A stretch of DNA of 64,000 nt from IMG/VR virus record IMGVR_UViG_3300022752_000013; one strand, written 5' to 3'. A program made the translations under genes and the position numbers. The notes under the pieces were generated by a model, which ran no database searches, was not told where the DNA came from, and saw only the letters and a program-made list of their open reading frames with translations. This DNA is from a virus. Lineage: Duplodnaviria; Caudoviricetes. Position 1 is the first letter of the stretch, and each line of letters starts with the position of its first letter. Below are positions 8,595 to 18,724 of this stretch, one piece after another.

Positions 8595-10217
8595 TTAGCG
8601 TTTCCTTACATTTCGACCCAGCACATCCTTGGTCATCTTGACTGCTTGACTTTGTTTGGCGGCTTTGGCACCCGGTCCAGTCAAGCGTTTTTTGTCAGTT
8701 TCTGCGTCCAGGGTGTCAGTGCTGACTCCAGGTCCCATGTAGTCCACAAGTTCGCCTGCTCGGCTCGGACCGGGTGCATCTGTGGTAGCCGCCTTTTCGA
8801 CGTTGGGAATCGCTTGAGGTTTTTCATTGATTCCAAACACCAGTTTACCACCTGAACTAGCAGTCGAACTATAACTCTTTTGTGCTTCCAGCGTGACTTC
8901 ACTAAACAACGTGCCGGGCCATATGGTTCTAAAACCTTTGATAATAATTTGACCGTCTTTGCTCTTGGTAGCATCAGTGTACATTTGCACAAAGGCCGAA
9001 TGGTTGAGAATGTCAGACGCCGCGTCTGAAAAATCGGTCTTTAAATTGATTTCGTTGCAGACTTTGTATGCAATAGAAGCCACCAGATGATTGAGTGGAA
9101 CAACCTTGCTGGGGTTTTCAGCAGTGCGATCGTGGTACAATTGTTTGAGATTGTCTGACAGATCGGTTTTGTCAATATTAAATTTTGGATTGCCTGCTGA
9201 TTGTTTGAGACTCATCACTTGAGGTATTTCATCCTTAGTGATAATTCCAAACTGCACAGCCAAGTTTAACGGACCAGAGTTGTGATCACCTTTGTCGATG
9301 GTGTTGAGAATATCAACAACCTCAGGATAATTCTGTGCAAACTCAGGCATGCCCGCGGCTTCCAGTTCACGCAAGGCAACCAACAAGTTCACACTACTGG
9401 CCTTGGCACCAGTAGCACCCTTGCTTGAAAGTTTGATTTGTTTACCCTCGGGACTGACCAACAAAGAGTCGTATAAGCCACCACTCACATTGGCATTAAA
9501 ACTAACGGTACAACCTGCAAATCCGTTTCTACCCATGAACAGTGCCGCTGCCTCACCAGCATTGCCTTTAACTTGGCCGCCATTGATCAACACACAGGGC
9601 TGTAGCATTTCACAAAAGTAATCACGAAAGCCTGTGAAGTCTATGCCTGTTCCATCAACCGACACAGGAAAAGTGGGCGAATTCATTATGATTTCAGACG
9701 CTCGGTATTCAGAACTGTCCACAGTAAACTTTTCACCAATTTGTGCCAGGATACTAGCAGGGGTTTGTTTCTTGAGATCAGTCAGAACATCACTGGGCTT
9801 GTAACCGGCTTTTTCCTTGCTACCACGAGCATCCGCTTGTTTGAATCCTCCGGGTATGTCTTTGGTTTGGAAAAATTTGTTTGCATCAAAAACAGGTTTG
9901 ATTTCTGAAGTAAATTTGGCTAGGTAGCGTGTGCCCACAGCAGTGTCAAATGCGGCAATACCAAATGCTCGTGTGGCGGCGGTGGGTTGATTGACTTTTT
10001 CAATTGGGTGATCAAGTGATTGCTCTGCAGTTATCCAAGCGTCCATAAAATCATGAGCATCTTTATACTTGCCAACTTTAGGATAGAATGTTAATGATTT
10101 AAACACGATTTGATCGTCGGCACTGTCACCTCTTTTGTATACAGCACCGGATTCTCTACCGCTGAGTCCGCGGCTTTCTGCAATTGAGTCTAGTAGGTTG
10201 ATTAAATCTCGCATCAT
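8595..10217 (-). CDS. hypothetical protein, possible PD-(D/E)xK-like fold, with leader MMRDLINLLDSIAE
   Basis: Start moved to 10217 (RBS GGAG); YDSLLV..KLSSKG resembles a D...SxK nuclease motif. Confidence 0.55.
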   Translation of the reverse strand: MMRDLINLLDSIAESRGLSGRESGAVYKRGDSADDQIVFKSLTFYPKVGKYKDAHDFMDAWITAEQSLDHPIEKVNQPTAATRAFGIAAFDTAVGTRYLAKFTSEIKPVFDANKFFQTKDIPGGFKQADARGSKEKAGYKPSDVLTDLKKQTPASILAQIGEKFTVDSSEYRASEIIMNSPTFPVSVDGTGIDFTGFRDYFCEMLQPCVLINGGQVKGNAGEAAALFMGRNGFAGCTVSFNANVSGGLYDSLLVSPEGKQIKLSSKGATGAKASSVNLLVALRELEAAGMPEFAQNYPEVVDILNTIDKGDHNSGPLNLAVQFGIITKDEIPQVMSLKQSAGNPKFNIDKTDLSDNLKQLYHDRTAENPSKVVPLNHLVASIAYKVCNEINLKTDFSDAASDILNHSAFVQMYTDATKSKDGQIIIKGFRTIWPGTLFSEVTLEAQKSYSSTASSGGKLVFGINEKPQAIPNVEKAATTDAPGPSRAGELVDYMGPGVSTDTLDAETDKKRLTGPGAKAAKQSQAVKMTKDVLGRNVRKR

Positions 10218-10246
10218 GTACTTATCTCCGCGATAAGTAAACCACA

Positions 10247-11254
10247 ATGAATATCACAATACCCATAGAAGTCAGCGGAGATATATGGTACAACGAAGTT
10301 GAAGTGCAACAAAAATTAAAAGAGTTATCCAGCGACGTCGAAATTACACTAGATTTACGCAGTGAAGGTCCTAGTCTACATCGTTTAGGCGTTGTTGCTA
10401 TGGTTGATGCCTGGCTTGCTAGACACAATTTGCTACCAACTGCAATCACTGTTACTAAATGGAGTAATGCCGGCGAATCTATTGCTTATAAAAAATTCCA
10501 GTGTAGTGTGCCCAGTCATTTTTGGTACTTTGCACGAGAATATCAACTGCAGCCAGAACAAGATTTTGGTGGCATAAAATCACACTTGTTTGGATTGTTC
10601 TTGGGCCGAGCAACAGTGCACCGTAATGCAATTTTGTATCAGGTGCAACAACAATGGGACAATAGATTTTTGATCAGTAGATTAACAGCACTCACACCCG
10701 AAGGTACTCCAGTGCCTGAACCTTGGCACATACGCAATTTCAAAGGTTGGTGCTTGCCAGAAACTCTAGCAGATTGGGCACCAGACAATCAACAAGACGT
10801 CATTGATTGGTTTGCCACACAAAAATTCTCAAGCCTAGACGGTAGAACTATTCGAGATCAATATGGAGATCCAGACAACCACTTTGTACATAATCGCAGT
10901 ATGATAAGTCATTATCACCGATTCAATATAGAACTTGTGTGTGAAAGTTACACGCTGGGTCAAACATTTTTCCCTACGGAAAAAACAGCAAGGCCTATTG
11001 CAGGAACACGGCCTTGGATCATCTATGGAGCATCAGGTTACATTCAACGGTTGAAACACATGGGCTTTTGTAGTTTTGATTCTGTATGGGACGAATCTTA
11101 TGATCAACTGGAAGGACCTGCTAGATGGTTGGCCATGAAAATAGTGATTCAGTCGCTGATTGATCTGGATGCCACAAAACTAAATTCTGTGCTGGAACAA
11201 GCCCATGCAATTGCATTGCACAATAGATTACATCTAGAAACATTATACCCATGA
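10247..11254 (+). CDS. GT10-like protein, paralogue 2
   Basis: ELVCES..FFPTEKTARPI..PWIIYG..GFCSFDSVWDESYD. Confidence 0.55.
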   Translation: MNITIPIEVSGDIWYNEVEVQQKLKELSSDVEITLDLRSEGPSLHRLGVVAMVDAWLARHNLLPTAITVTKWSNAGESIAYKKFQCSVPSHFWYFAREYQLQPEQDFGGIKSHLFGLFLGRATVHRNAILYQVQQQWDNRFLISRLTALTPEGTPVPEPWHIRNFKGWCLPETLADWAPDNQQDVIDWFATQKFSSLDGRTIRDQYGDPDNHFVHNRSMISHYHRFNIELVCESYTLGQTFFPTEKTARPIAGTRPWIIYGASGYIQRLKHMGFCSFDSVWDESYDQLEGPARWLAMKIVIQSLIDLDATKLNSVLEQAHAIALHNRLHLETLYP

Positions 11255-12240
11255 TAATTACGACATTTGATCAAGGCTGGGGACGTGAATACCCGCTCAA
11301 ACAGTACGAGCAAGGTATTGTGAGTGATCTTGTGAAACCGTTTGTTAAGAGTGATCAACGTGTGGTCATAATCAACAGCGTGTGGTACACTGGGGAAATG
11401 CACGAACAAGTGATGTTGTGGTTGCGTGAGAATGAGTGGGATCAGATTGTGTTGATTGCCATGTTGGATGCTGCCATACCCTATCCTGACCGCTATGAGG
11501 AATTTGGTCGTCCGGTCACCGGTATAGGTTACTATCCGGGCGCAGGTCAAGTGGATTTTTGTGCATTATTTGTTGATCACTTTTTACAGGCCCCTGATAA
11601 CACTGTATTGTTGGAGGTCAACACAATTGACACTGCATACATGTGTTTGAATCGAAAACCTCACTGGCACAGACAAAAACTATACAGCAAACTACAGGCC
11701 ATGAATCTGGTCAATCAAGGCATTGTGAGCATGGGCGGCGACGGGCAGGCTGTAGTAGCATTGGCACAAGATCGAGATCACGACACCCTGGCACCCAATG
11801 CCACTAGCGATCATTATGGTATACCCAACGATATTGTGAGTTTGGGACACCCGGGTAATTGGCAACGACACCTGCTCAATGTGGTCACTGAAACCTTTTA
11901 CAACATAAATAGTTCAGGCTTTGTAAGTGAAAAAATCTACAAACCCATTGTGGGTTGCAGACCGTTTTTGGTATATGACCCAGATGGTGGCACACGTTGG
12001 TTGCGTGATCGAGGGTTTGAACCTTACACACAGGACTTTGAGGACATTTCGAATTTGGATCTGGCAGAACCACACAACCTACCCGGATTTCTAAAGGTTC
12101 TGTGTGAGCAAACACCTGCGTACTGGCAAAAGAAATTTGTTGACTTACAGGAAAAAATCCTATACAATCAGGCTCACTTTGCTGATTACGTCAAACAGCA
12201 ACAATCTATAGTCGAAAAAGGAATACCATGCCCCATTTAG
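11251..12240 (+). CDS. GT10-like protein, paralogue 3
   Basis: [26 protein letters not shown]; [12 protein letters not shown]. Confidence 0.55.
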   Translation: MIITTFDQGWGREYPLKQYEQGIVSDLVKPFVKSDQRVVIINSVWYTGEMHEQVMLWLRENEWDQIVLIAMLDAAIPYPDRYEEFGRPVTGIGYYPGAGQVDFCALFVDHFLQAPDNTVLLEVNTIDTAYMCLNRKPHWHRQKLYSKLQAMNLVNQGIVSMGGDGQAVVALAQDRDHDTLAPNATSDHYGIPNDIVSLGHPGNWQRHLLNVVTETFYNINSSGFVSEKIYKPIVGCRPFLVYDPDGGTRWLRDRGFEPYTQDFEDISNLDLAEPHNLPGFLKVLCEQTPAYWQKKFVDLQEKILYNQAHFADYVKQQQSIVEKGIPCPI

Positions 12241-12824
12241 TGCCAATTGTGCTTGAACAAACTGCCAAAGGCGAGCGCAGTTACGATATCTACAGTCGTC
12301 TATTAAAAGACCGTGTGATCATGCTGGACACAGAAGTGAGCGAACACACAGCCAGTCTGCTGGTAGCACAAATGCTGTTTTTGGAAAGTGATAACCCTGA
12401 TAAAGATATTTCCTTGTATATTAATTCGCCAGGTGGAAGTGTAACAGCGGGCATGGCCATTTATGATACCATGCAGTTTATTCGCTGTGATGTACAAACT
12501 ATCGTAATGGGACAGGCCTGCTCCATGGGGTCGTTGTTGGCCACAGCAGGAGCCGCAGGCAAACGTATGATCCTGCCCAATGCCCGACACATGATTCACC
12601 AGCCATCAGGTGGTGCTTCAGGACAAGCCACAGACATCCAAATTCAAGCACGTGAAATTCAAAAGATGAAAGAGTATCTTACCAACATCTATGTCAAACA
12701 CAACACAGCAGGCAAAGACTACGATGTACTGAGTGCAGACATGGAACGTGATTTCTTCATGAGTGCCCAAGAAGCAGTGGACTATGGTTTAGCAGATCGA
12801 ATCATCAATCAACGTGACCAATAA
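12228..12824 (+). CDS. clpP: ATP-dependent Clp protease proteolytic subunit (canonical)
   Basis: [40 protein letters not shown]. Confidence 0.95.
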   Translation: MPHLVPIVLEQTAKGERSYDIYSRLLKDRVIMLDTEVSEHTASLLVAQMLFLESDNPDKDISLYINSPGGSVTAGMAIYDTMQFIRCDVQTIVMGQACSMGSLLATAGAAGKRMILPNARHMIHQPSGGASGQATDIQIQAREIQKMKEYLTNIYVKHNTAGKDYDVLSADMERDFFMSAQEAVDYGLADRIINQRDQ

Positions 12825-14094
12825 TTTAAAAAACAATTTTTGTCCCAGCCCGTGGTTCCATATGAGAATCAACAATGCCGGGCATTATGAATACTGTCGT
12901 TGGGCGGCAACAGATCAACGCTATTCTGCTGACAATATCTACAACATAACACCAGTTGAGTTTTTTCAACAACGCATGACCAGTGTTAGACAAGAGTTAG
13001 CAACAGGTAATTCACCTCCTGGTTGTGCAAAATGCACACAGATGGAACGTCACAACAAAATCAGCGGACGACAAAAACAACTGCTCAAAGCAGGTGTTAG
13101 ACTTGAACATTTTGAAAAGACTCTAGCATCATCGCCGTGGTTGACAGAATTTGCCCAAGGTGGCGAGACAACACAAATGCCCCAGGATTGGCAAATAGAT
13201 CTTGGCAACTATTGCAACGGTGCCTGTGTATTTTGTAGCCCACATTCAAGTTCGCGCCTGGCGTCGGAGTTTAAAAAGATCGGCATCATCAATGATCTAC
13301 CACCTGCAAACTGGACCGACGATCCTGTGCGGGTTCAACAGTTGGTTGATACCTTGATCTCAAGTTCACACATACAATACTTGCATTTCATTGGTGGTGA
13401 AACACTGATAACTCCCGCATTCAAAACCATACTTGAGGCTCTGATTCAAGCCGGCTTGAATCGCACGGCCACAATTGGGTTTACTACTAATCTAGGCGTA
13501 TGGCGCGATGATGTGGTTGAACTGTTGACCCAATTCCAGGGAGTGAATCTTGGCATGAGTGTGGAGAGTTTTAAGATTGTGAATGACTATGTGCGTTATC
13601 CTGTGTGTTTGCCCACTGTGTTTGAAAGTATGGAACGTTGGTTAGAAATAAGTCAGCAACAAGATTGGTTAGTGCAGTTTAGAACCACGCCCACAGCACT
13701 CACAGTTGGTCACATGCTAGGAGTATATGAATATGCCTGGCACCACAACATTGCTGTGGAAAGTTGTAATTTTTTAAACAAGCCTGAGTGTTTGCGCCCA
13801 TCAGTTCTGCCTCTGGAATACAGACAACGCATTGTGTCCGACCTTGAAGCCTGGATAGACCAGCATCCGGTTGGCAGCGATGTGGTAGTAAACATTCGTG
13901 ATCCAAATGTAGCCCAACAACAAATTGTACAGGATCTACAGAGTTATGTGAATTATCTCAAGGCCGAATCGGATGAAAGTTGGCGTCTGCCAGACCTAGT
14001 TGAGTATTTGAAAAGACTGGAAGCCAATCGTGGCAACTCAATTGTAACTTATTTGCCTGAATATGAAGAACTTTTTACAACTGCTGGATACTGA
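12814..14094 (+). CDS. radical SAM protein with N-terminal SPASM/twitch-like Cys cluster
   Basis: CNGACVFC (CxxxCxxC), FIGGETL, FTTN; N-terminal FCPSPW..YC..CAKC. Confidence 0.85.
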   Translation: MTNNLKNNFCPSPWFHMRINNAGHYEYCRWAATDQRYSADNIYNITPVEFFQQRMTSVRQELATGNSPPGCAKCTQMERHNKISGRQKQLLKAGVRLEHFEKTLASSPWLTEFAQGGETTQMPQDWQIDLGNYCNGACVFCSPHSSSRLASEFKKIGIINDLPPANWTDDPVRVQQLVDTLISSSHIQYLHFIGGETLITPAFKTILEALIQAGLNRTATIGFTTNLGVWRDDVVELLTQFQGVNLGMSVESFKIVNDYVRYPVCLPTVFESMERWLEISQQQDWLVQFRTTPTALTVGHMLGVYEYAWHHNIAVESCNFLNKPECLRPSVLPLEYRQRIVSDLEAWIDQHPVGSDVVVNIRDPNVAQQQIVQDLQSYVNYLKAESDESWRLPDLVEYLKRLEANRGNSIVTYLPEYEELFTTAGY

Positions 14095-14311
14095 ACTATT
14101 GCTGACCGTGGTTGATAATCACAGTCAATCAACTGTGAGTTTGCATGACCACTTGGAGTTTGATGCTGATCATGTGGTAACAATTGATGGCATTGATGTG
14201 TTGCCAAGATATTGGCATTTGGCTCAGAATGGAGTGTTAACCATTTCAGAACCGTTTTATTGCTGGTATCACCGAGTGTCAGGGCAAGGTTGGTTGCTGA
14301 CCCCACACTAG
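14063..14311 (+). CDS. hypothetical protein
   Basis: 82 aa ORF coupled to the radical SAM gene. Confidence 0.6.
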   Translation: MKNFLQLLDTELLLTVVDNHSQSTVSLHDHLEFDADHVVTIDGIDVLPRYWHLAQNGVLTISEPFYCWYHRVSGQGWLLTPH

Positions 14312-14366
14312 GGGTGAACTTCCCAACCTTCATGTGCCCAACGACACAGCATCAATAGATCTGCAA

Positions 14367-14486
14367 TCATTTTGCGTACATGGCCTTGGCTTCGTTTATT
14401 TTACCTGCTCTGGCCAACACGCTGGCTGCACGGGCTTCGCCCATGGATTCAAGAAAATTCCAAACTGAGTTAAAAAATTGTTTCAT
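14367..14486 (-). CDS. small protein (39 aa; not in ORF track)
   Basis: MKQFFNSVWNFLESMGEARAASVLARAGKINEAKAMYAK; ATGA overlap with the upstream gene. Confidence 0.6.
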   Translation of the reverse strand: MKQFFNSVWNFLESMGEARAASVLARAGKINEAKAMYAK

Positions 14487-14653
14487 GCAAAATTCCTATC
14501 TGATTGTTTGTCGTACTGACGTTGCCAGTATTCTACGTCTGCTTCGCTGGCAATGCATTTGGTGCTCAAATACTGTTCCAAGCGAGATTGGTAATTTTGC
14601 TTGGGGAACATCTCAGCAAGACGTTCTATTAATTGAATAAACATTTGTGACAT
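14483..14653 (-). CDS. DUF3563-like small protein (56 aa; not in ORF track)
   Basis: RLEQYLSTKCIASEADVEYWQRQYD; RBS AAGGAG; TAAATA on minus strand at 14673-14678. Confidence 0.55.
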   Translation of the reverse strand: MSQMFIQLIERLAEMFPKQNYQSRLEQYLSTKCIASEADVEYWQRQYDKQSDRNFA

Positions 14654-14716
14654 TTATTTTTCTCCTTCTCAGTATTTACCACGAGTCTCTCGTGGTTTAT
14701 ACTAATATAATCAAGA

Positions 14717-14734
14717 TTAGTACTCAAGTACTAA
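14717..14734. promoter_or_regulatory. palindrome copy 2
   Basis: TTAGTAC-TCAA-GTACTAA, within a longer inverted repeat CAAGATTAGTACT..AGTACTAATCTTG. Confidence 0.7.
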
Positions 14735-14744
14735 TCTTGGGAGT

Positions 14745-14773
14745 TTGACTTGAAATACCCAAAGTGCTATAAT
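14745..14773 (+). promoter_or_regulatory. sigma70-type early promoter
   Basis: TTGACT-17-TATAAT. Confidence 0.8.
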
Positions 14774-14798
14774 GTACACATGATTAACCTTTTGGAGC

Positions 14799-16022
14799 AT
14801 GATTGTGCCAAAAATTTGTTGTTTATTAATGTGTCTAGCACTTGTGGCCTGTGGGGGCGGGGGTGGTGGCGGAAGCAGTGGGACTCCTGCAAGTTCTGCA
14901 TCTATTGCCGTGAAAATAATCAATCAAGGCACTGCAATACATAACAACAAGGTCAAAAACTATGCGGTGGGAGATTTAAACAACGATGGACTTGATGATG
15001 TGGTAATTGGGGGGTGGTCAGGATCTGGGACCTCGTATCTTGCAATTATGATACAAAACTCCAACGGAACGTTAACAGAGCGCACCACAGAACTATTAGG
15101 CAGCAACTCTTACCCGGGCAGTGGTCACATTTTTATTTGGGATTTTGACCACGATGGCCATGCGGATATATGGCTACCGGGTGCTGATGATTTTGTTAGT
15201 TCTTCTAACAGTCTAATGTTGTGGGGTAGCGCCGCCGGAACTTTTAGTAAACAAACCTTCAGTGAATCCATGTCTAGTGCCGGTGCCTGTTTATTTGATC
15301 TCAACAACGACGGCAACATGGACATGCTGGTTCGAGGAACCTACAATCGAAATACAAATACATACGGATATTACTTGAATCAGGGCAATAGAACTTTTAC
15401 ATTTGTTGCTGATCAATATGTAAATGGTGCCAGTGCATGTGCAGTGATACGTGATTCTACCACTGGGCATCTGGCCGCGATGCAAGGTGGCAACAGCCAA
15501 GGTGCCACTGCGGACGCCATTAGCATTGTTGATGCAAATCTTGGGTTGATCAAACTGATACCCGTTCCCAGACAAGACAATGCCATGGCCGGAATGATTG
15601 GGGTTGTGACAGCAGATGTTAATGAAGACGGACTGTTGGATTTTATAACTCTATATGAGGCCTCTAGTGCAGGATTACCAGGACGCAAAGAAGTTTGGTT
15701 AAATCAAGGATCAGACAATTTTTCCTATGCCTACGCTTTGGATACTGCCTATAACAGCAATGGAGATATTGTTAATTTTGTTTATCAAGGTATACAATAT
15801 TACTTCTTTAATGGGCCCAATGGGGATGCTACATTTTACCAACTGGCCAATGGCGTTTTAAATCTTTATCAACGTGATACTTTTTTGAGCATGGCTCGAT
15901 TGTTAGGAGCCAATCCTGGTGTAAAAGATTGGAGCGTGTTTTCTGCTACTGTATATCGTGGCAGTGAGGGGATTTATATACTTCAGGAGTTGAAATCGAT
16001 ATACTACACACAAAAACTTTAA
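14799..16022 (+). CDS. FG-GAP/VCBS-repeat beta-propeller lipoprotein
   Basis: Lipobox LVAC followed by poly-Gly; repeats GDLNNDGLDD, DFDHDGHAD, DLNNDGNMD, DVNEDGLLD. Confidence 0.8.
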   Translation: MIVPKICCLLMCLALVACGGGGGGGSSGTPASSASIAVKIINQGTAIHNNKVKNYAVGDLNNDGLDDVVIGGWSGSGTSYLAIMIQNSNGTLTERTTELLGSNSYPGSGHIFIWDFDHDGHADIWLPGADDFVSSSNSLMLWGSAAGTFSKQTFSESMSSAGACLFDLNNDGNMDMLVRGTYNRNTNTYGYYLNQGNRTFTFVADQYVNGASACAVIRDSTTGHLAAMQGGNSQGATADAISIVDANLGLIKLIPVPRQDNAMAGMIGVVTADVNEDGLLDFITLYEASSAGLPGRKEVWLNQGSDNFSYAYALDTAYNSNGDIVNFVYQGIQYYFFNGPNGDATFYQLANGVLNLYQRDTFLSMARLLGANPGVKDWSVFSATVYRGSEGIYILQELKSIYYTQKL

Positions 16023-16032
16023 ATACACTATG

Positions 16033-16061
16033 TTGACCAGGCGTCAAACATGTGCTACAAT
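16033..16061 (+). promoter_or_regulatory. sigma70-type early promoter
   Basis: TTGACC-17-TACAAT. Confidence 0.75.
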
Positions 16062-16089
16062 ACATTATCGATTTTACAAAGGAGTTGAC

Positions 16090-16314
16090 ATGAACAATTG
16101 GGACAAAGGAAATTTGGATTTTATCTTGAATTCAACTGATGCGGATATGGAAGATTTCTTATCCTGGGCATCAGATGAAGATTTAAGATATGCGCTAGAA
16201 TTGATTCAAATAGCCAAAAACGAATTGGTTATACAAGAAATTGAAATTCTAGATATCAAGGCCGATGAGGATTTTTCACAAGCACAGGCAGTGCTAGAAC
16301 GATTCCGCTTGTGA
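16090..16314 (+). CDS. hypothetical protein
   Basis: RBS AGGAG before ATG 16090. Confidence 0.7.
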   Translation: MNNWDKGNLDFILNSTDADMEDFLSWASDEDLRYALELIQIAKNELVIQEIEILDIKADEDFSQAQAVLERFRL

Positions 16315-17384
16315 AAATACGACTGATCGGTAAACGCAACAACTTGGGTATTGGCACCCATTTTGCAAACTTTGCAGATGCATTGAAACGTGTGAGTCAC
16401 TGGGGTGCCTGTGTTGAAGAGTTTGATTGCGAAGATCCGCAGAGACTACTGGCCGAAGCACGTATCAGTGAACCAGGCGATATCAACATCTGTTTTGTGA
16501 GCATACCCTTGCAAGATTACTTTAAAGGTACCAACATTCAATGGGTGGTGTTTGAAAGTACCCTAGTACCACCCACCGTGATGAGCACCATGCTCACCGC
16601 AGATCAAGTGTGGGTTCCTAGTGCCTGGGGTCAATCTGTGCTGATTGAAAATGGTCTGGATCCTGCCCGTTGTGAGATAGTGCCGGAAGGGGTGGATACA
16701 GATCGATATCATCCTTATGCACCCAGAGTCAACAGTCCTATCTTGACCTATTTGATCACAGGCAAATATGAATTGAGAAAAAGCATCATAGAAACTGTGT
16801 ATGCCTGGCACCAAGAATTTGGCAATGATCCTGATGTTGAACTGGTGATCAAGACTGATCATTTCTTCAACAAAGAAGCCAAGTACAATGAACTCACTCA
16901 ATGGATTGGGGAACTTGGCTTGACCAATGTGCGTGTGATGTGGGGCTCAGTACCAGCCAATGACATGGCAGATCTTTATCAACAGGCTCATGTGTTTGTG
17001 TTGCCCTCCAAAGGTGAAGGTTGGGGACTTCCGCTAATCGAAGCCGCGGCAGTGGGCCTGCCTATCATCACAACCTGGCACAGTGCTCACACAGAATTCT
17101 TGCAACACATACAATCCAGTGTGATAACAGTGGAATATGACATGGTGCCGGTTGCTTGTCAGGATTATCAGTTGTTCTACCCCACAACAGATGGCAATTG
17201 GGGCGAGTGGGCACAACCCCGAATTGACAGCATAAGGCAAGCATTAAAAACCAGTCGACAAAGTTATACATATCTACAAAAAAGAGCCAGAGAAAACAGC
17301 CACATTATACGCAACAACTTTTCCTGGGCACAGGTAGCAGACAGAGCCTTGCAGATACTGCAAAAACACGGGTTGCTAAAGTAA
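16311..17384 (+). CDS. GT4 glycosyltransferase
   Basis: VFVLPSKGEGWGLPLIEAAAVGLPII (EX7E). Confidence 0.85.
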   Translation: MKIRLIGKRNNLGIGTHFANFADALKRVSHWGACVEEFDCEDPQRLLAEARISEPGDINICFVSIPLQDYFKGTNIQWVVFESTLVPPTVMSTMLTADQVWVPSAWGQSVLIENGLDPARCEIVPEGVDTDRYHPYAPRVNSPILTYLITGKYELRKSIIETVYAWHQEFGNDPDVELVIKTDHFFNKEAKYNELTQWIGELGLTNVRVMWGSVPANDMADLYQQAHVFVLPSKGEGWGLPLIEAAAVGLPIITTWHSAHTEFLQHIQSSVITVEYDMVPVACQDYQLFYPTTDGNWGEWAQPRIDSIRQALKTSRQSYTYLQKRARENSHIIRNNFSWAQVADRALQILQKHGLLK

Positions 17385-17398
17385 TACTTTAGTACTAC
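17381..17398. promoter_or_regulatory. palindrome copy 3
   Basis: GTAATAC-TTTA-GTACTAC. Confidence 0.7.
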
Positions 17399-17409
17399 TT
17401 TTTAAAAGA

Positions 17410-17468
17410 TTGACTCAAAACCGTACTTTTGCTATAATAATGACATGTTAAGCAAAAAGGAGATCCAA
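17410..17468 (+). promoter_or_regulatory. early promoter plus conserved leader cassette
   Basis: TTGACT-17-TATAAT then CATGTTAAGCAAAAAGGAG; leader also at 31989 and 32705. Confidence 0.8.
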
Positions 17469-17720
17469 ATGCGACATGTAGCCGGGTTTAGTAACAGCAC
17501 CCGAATTCGTTTTATCGTCAACGGTTTTGGTATGTACGGTACCATCAATGACATCTACACAAAAACAGCCACAGTCACACATGGTGCCGCTCTGCGCTTG
17601 GCAATCCAAAAATTGGCTTACGATCGCCGTCGCAGTAGTTTCACAGGTGCCGGTCGCCCAGTGGGTGTGGGCATCACGCATGAAGGCATCGACGTACAAA
17701 TCACTTTAATGGCCAACTAA
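17469..17720 (+). CDS. hypothetical early protein
   Basis: RBS AAGGAG. Confidence 0.7.
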   Translation: MRHVAGFSNSTRIRFIVNGFGMYGTINDIYTKTATVTHGAALRLAIQKLAYDRRRSSFTGAGRPVGVGITHEGIDVQITLMAN

Positions 17721-17736
17721 TCACAAGGAGCATCAT

Positions 17737-18015
17737 ATGAGTTACTATGTCATTTCTAAAGGTTCAGGTCTTATTGTCAACGACGGCCCTGCCAAAACTC
17801 GTGCATACAAAACTTTTGGTGCCGCTATGGCCACCCGCACTCGTCTTTGCCGAAAGTCAGGTTGGAACATCTCCGAACTCAGCATCATTGCCACTAGTCA
17901 TTACAAACCTAAAATGGTCACCCGTACAAATTTGATGACTGGCAAGACATTTGAGGAAGATGTCAACACCCCAAATTGTTGCTCACCAGCATCAGAAACT
18001 TTTTGGAGCATGTGA
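17737..18015 (+). CDS. hypothetical early protein
   Basis: RBS AAGGAG; C-terminal NLMTG...TP.CCSPASETFWSM. Confidence 0.75.
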   Translation: MSYYVISKGSGLIVNDGPAKTRAYKTFGAAMATRTRLCRKSGWNISELSIIATSHYKPKMVTRTNLMTGKTFEEDVNTPNCCSPASETFWSM

Positions 18016-18137
18016 TGAGTGAACCTGTTTGGACCATATCCTGGACCCAGAATTATCTCAACTGGGAACCCATTGAATTACCAATCACAGACTTCTCCCA
18101 AGCACAAGAAGTCATAGCAAGGATCATGTCACTATGA
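18015..18137 (+). CDS. small protein (40 aa; not in ORF track)
   Basis: MSEPVWTISW...EVIARIMSL; overlaps neighbours at both start and stop. Confidence 0.55.
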   Translation: MSEPVWTISWTQNYLNWEPIELPITDFSQAQEVIARIMSL

Positions 18138-18481
18138 AATGGTTTGCAGAAACTACTGACTACAAAGATAACACCCCCAACGGTGTGTACTTGCTGGACG
18201 ATGGCAAGAGCAAGATGTATGCGTTCAAGCCAAAAGGCACAGGCACTATCAAAGTATTCAAGAATCCCATCCGCATCGATGTGCGTGGGCGTAAGTTTGC
18301 CATCAACTCTGTTCAGTTTAAAACTAAACTAAAAGAAGAACAGCCCGAAGGGCGTGTGATTGAAGTTACAGGCAGTAAAGGCGACGTATACAAGGTTACC
18401 GAACTCAATGGCAACTTGTCTTGCACTTGTTCAGGATTCCGTTTCCGCGGCGACTGCAAGCACGTCAAGAGCGTGGCATGA
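18134..18481 (+). CDS. SWIM zinc-finger protein
   Basis: CTCSGFRFRGDCKHV (CxC-xn-CxH). Confidence 0.85.
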   Translation: MKWFAETTDYKDNTPNGVYLLDDGKSKMYAFKPKGTGTIKVFKNPIRIDVRGRKFAINSVQFKTKLKEEQPEGRVIEVTGSKGDVYKVTELNGNLSCTCSGFRFRGDCKHVKSVA

Positions 18482-18723
18482 AGTTTGCTTTTAAAAATTC
18501 ACCCGAGTGGTTTACTAACTATGTGACCGAAACTTATGTGGACGAGTTCCACCAACGAGTAAAAGACATCAATTGGGATCAAACAGGTCGTATCGAATTA
18601 TTAGATGCGGCCGTGAAATTCTTTAGTGAAAAAGGCTTTAGGGTTTACTGCTACAATAGAGAACTTTGGTTTGACTTGGACGAAGACCAAGAGACCACAA
18701 TGCTGGCTCTACAGTGGTCTTGA
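18478..18723 (+). CDS. small protein, distant member of the F-x-L-K/R-W family
   Basis: C-terminus LWFDLDEDQETTMLALQWS; ATGA coupling. Confidence 0.65.
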   Translation: MKFAFKNSPEWFTNYVTETYVDEFHQRVKDINWDQTGRIELLDAAVKFFSEKGFRVYCYNRELWFDLDEDQETTMLALQWS

Positions 18724-18724
18724 C

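Noticed and set aside
14380-14640. Plus-strand 86-aa ORF from the ORF track
   Set aside because: Two coupled minus-strand micro-genes with an RBS and TAAATA explain the region better.
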